64,000 nucleotides of DNA, from assembly GCA_018398765.1 (NCBI GenBank), contig JAHBMJ010000455.1, forward strand, positions 62,001 to 126,000. Direction: 5' to 3'. This DNA is from Chromera velia (lineage: Eukaryota). Below are positions 61,524-64,000 of this stretch, in pieces; within the stretch, counting starts at the first letter, position 1; each line of letters starts with the position of its first letter. The position numbers were made by a program, and so were the translations under genes. Under the pieces are notes generated by a model. The model did no database searches. It was not told where the DNA came from and was given only the letters and a program-made list of their open reading frames with translations.

Positions 61524-62430
61524 AACGTTCGCTCAGACAAAATGAGAAGGGGGCCCGAAGAGTGCACAGTAAAAACAGGGGTGAATAGAGAGAGACGGGT
61601 GGACAGCTAGGCCGGGTGATTCTTCAAAGTAGTTTCTCTCTTTCTTGTGAGGGCAAAGATAGCTAAGGCAAATCAATTGATACATGGATAGATGTATGGA
61701 TAGATGAACCGACAGACAGACAGAGTTTCATGCGTCTTTTCTGAATTGCGTTATTACCCATTGTAAAGCCCCTTTCATTGGACAATTTTAAATAGACGGA
61801 CGAAGGCAGACAATCCCTGTTTTTTCCGTCTTTGTTTTATATTTACTTCATGTTTTTTCTTCTCGTGTTCTTTGCATGCCCACTCATTGTAACGGGAAGC
61901 GACGACGCCATTGTCAGACAACCTGTTTCTTTCCTGTTCCACGTTACAGACAGACAAGCTTGCTTTTTGTTGCATGGCTCTTGGAAGGTAGACGGGTTCG
62001 CAGAGAGACGCCACAGACGGACAGACAGGTTGACTGTGAAGCATCCTTGCCTTTGCATTCTCGCTCGCTCCAATCGAGAGAGAATATTGACGGCGCCAGC
62101 AAGCACTGTGAGTGAGGAAGTGAGGGAGTGAGTGAGTAGGCGATGAGTGAGTAAGTGCGAGTCAGAAAGAGAAGAGAGAGAGAGAGAGAGAGAGATGTGC
62201 TAACGCCGTAGTTCCATAAAAAATGCGAGCTTCGATGTAGACGGCAGATCGAAGAGGCTGCTGTTTCTACCAACCGAAGACCGTGCATGTGACTACTCAG
62301 TACTCACTGCTGTGACATGTGCCAGAAAAGGGGATGTGTTTAGTTCCTTCGCACCCGCATCAATGACCTCAGAGAACAGGTCAGGGGGGGCAGTGAACCA
62401 AACGCAGAGGGGCACCTTTTCATCGACCAT
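59891..62430 (-). CDS. 2H phosphoesterase / cyclic phosphodiesterase (plant CPDase-like), about 197 aa. Exons 62430-62308, 60361-59891
   Basis: Two HxT/S motifs (PFLAHVTA and YMPHLSLVYGDL), plus CVWF and FFQCVY. Phase-0 GTGAGT...CAG intron of about 1.9 kb. Confidence 0.85.
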
Positions 62431-64000
62431 CGGACCCTTCAGTGCTGACCCATTCAACCGCGTTAATCGGCACGAATGGAAGAGGGAGTCCACGAGAAAA
62501 CCAAAGACATGCAACTCCGAGAGTCTCAATTTCATGCACAAATATCTATGTACCTCACAAAGGCTTCGAGAGACGGGGTGCACGCCTCTGTGAGAACTTG
62601 TCAGTCAGACTCAGTCTGCATAACAGACAAATGTTTGAGAATTCACGAGGCTGTTTGATCTTTTCTGAAAATTCGCAATCTTCCGCAGAATGATCGATTG
62701 ATTTTTGTCTTCACGATTCGATTATAGTAGAGTATATATATGTCGGGCATGTACCAACACTTATATATGGGGACGGCAGGGCGGGACGACTGACATTATC
62801 AATCACCCCGGTAAACATAGTTAACATACTTTGAAATAGATGCATGGTCATCAAATCGAATTTTTCACTTCTGTCAATGATTTCATCGTCTATTGATTCT
62901 TCAATCCTTCCTTCCTTCGTTCTTTCTTTCCTTCCTTCCTTCTTTGCTTCCTTCTTTCCTTCGTTCGTCGAGCTACTGCATATGCACCTCCTCCCTCTCT
63001 TCTTCATGTCTTCTTCTTTGTCTCAACAGTTTCAACTTCATCTTCCGTCTATTTTCCTTCCTTCGATCGGATCTGACCTGTCTTGTGCACACGCATATGC
63101 GCATACGCGATGCACACGCGATGCATGCGCGTGCTCACGCGGGGGTTGGTTTTCGTGCGCGCGCGATGACAGGGGTGATATACGCGTGCGGCTCTGCACC
63201 GTATTTTTTGGACATGCCCGACATATACTGGTGTTGGACCCACGATTCTGCACTGCAAAGGCATTGCAAAGGCCGCTTGAAAGGCGCACCGGCGGAGGAT
63301 GCATGGCGGAGGGCATGCAACCATATGATTGCAACGACATGCATTGTATTAATAGAGAATTATACAGAGCGATTTACAGTCTGATGATTTACAGAGATTT
63401 ACTGTACCTTCCTGAACCTAATGTCCACTTAAAAAAAAAATATCAAGATCGTCCGCGCCTGCGGCATGGCCAATCAAGTCTATCTAAATTTAGGGCCTAG
63501 CAAATCTCATTTAAAGAATATAAAAAAAAATTAAAAAATAATAACGTATAAATAAATCGATATATTGTCTTTAAAATACTATTCATGCCTAGGTTTTATA
63601 TATATCATCATATATAATCATACAATATCAATATTACATCATAGATTACATCATATATAGCTTGGTGCCAGTATATGGTCATACATAATATCTCTATTCA
63701 TTTATCTTCTGAATCAGAATAAGCAAGATTGCTCAACCTGCAGATTTCACGGGCTTGCACCTGCGTTTGGCAAGCTCACACTCTGAGACCGCGCGCTTGA
63801 CAAAGAGCAAGCCTCTTTTGTTGCTCTTAACTCTCTGCCTCTCTCTGCTGGGCCTCACTCTGTTCCTCCTCAGCCGCTGCCAGAAAATTTGAAGACAAAA
63901 AAGCTTGGGCAGAGCTTACAAGCGGAGATTTCTGCAAGTCTCAATTTCTCTTAAACTCCGGCAAAGCAAAATCAACTACCAACACTTTGTAGACAATACT

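Noticed and set aside
48199..62430. Adjacent cyclase and cyclic phosphodiesterase as a cAMP make/break module or CBASS-like system
   Set aside because: CPDase-type 2H enzymes act on 1'',2''- or 2',3'-cyclic phosphates rather than 3',5'-cAMP. The genes are convergent and separated by a TE, and adjacency alone is weak evidence in a eukaryote.

Overview
Eukaryotic, intron-rich genomic window from an alveolate related to apicomplexans. A chromerid such as Chromera is my inference, based on an oocyst-wall-like gene, a channel-fused adenylyl cyclase and TGCATGCA-rich promoters. I reconstructed nine protein-coding genes by hand, using GT-AG sites with matching phase: a Cys-repeat oocyst/cyst-wall-like protein (runs off the left edge), a SAM-domain protein, a DxD glycosyltransferase, an LRR protein with a Dpy-30-like tail, two divergent hypothetical proteins, an intronless homocysteine S-methyltransferase, a 20-exon ion-channel/adenylyl cyclase alpha fusion (about 920 aa) and a 2H cyclic phosphodiesterase. 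The intergenic DNA is full of decayed, nested transposons. The most striking is a four-level nest at 30.4-37.7 kb: MITE > LINE with an apparent ~490-bp target-site duplication > hAT > CACGG element. There is also a recurrent MITE family with CTAGGCG ends and 8-bp TSDs. Two window-wide signals stand out. Repeats diverge mainly by CpA/TpG->TpA changes, resembling fungal RIP, and most splice donors have C at +3 (GTCNGY). All calls are by eye; no database searches were run.
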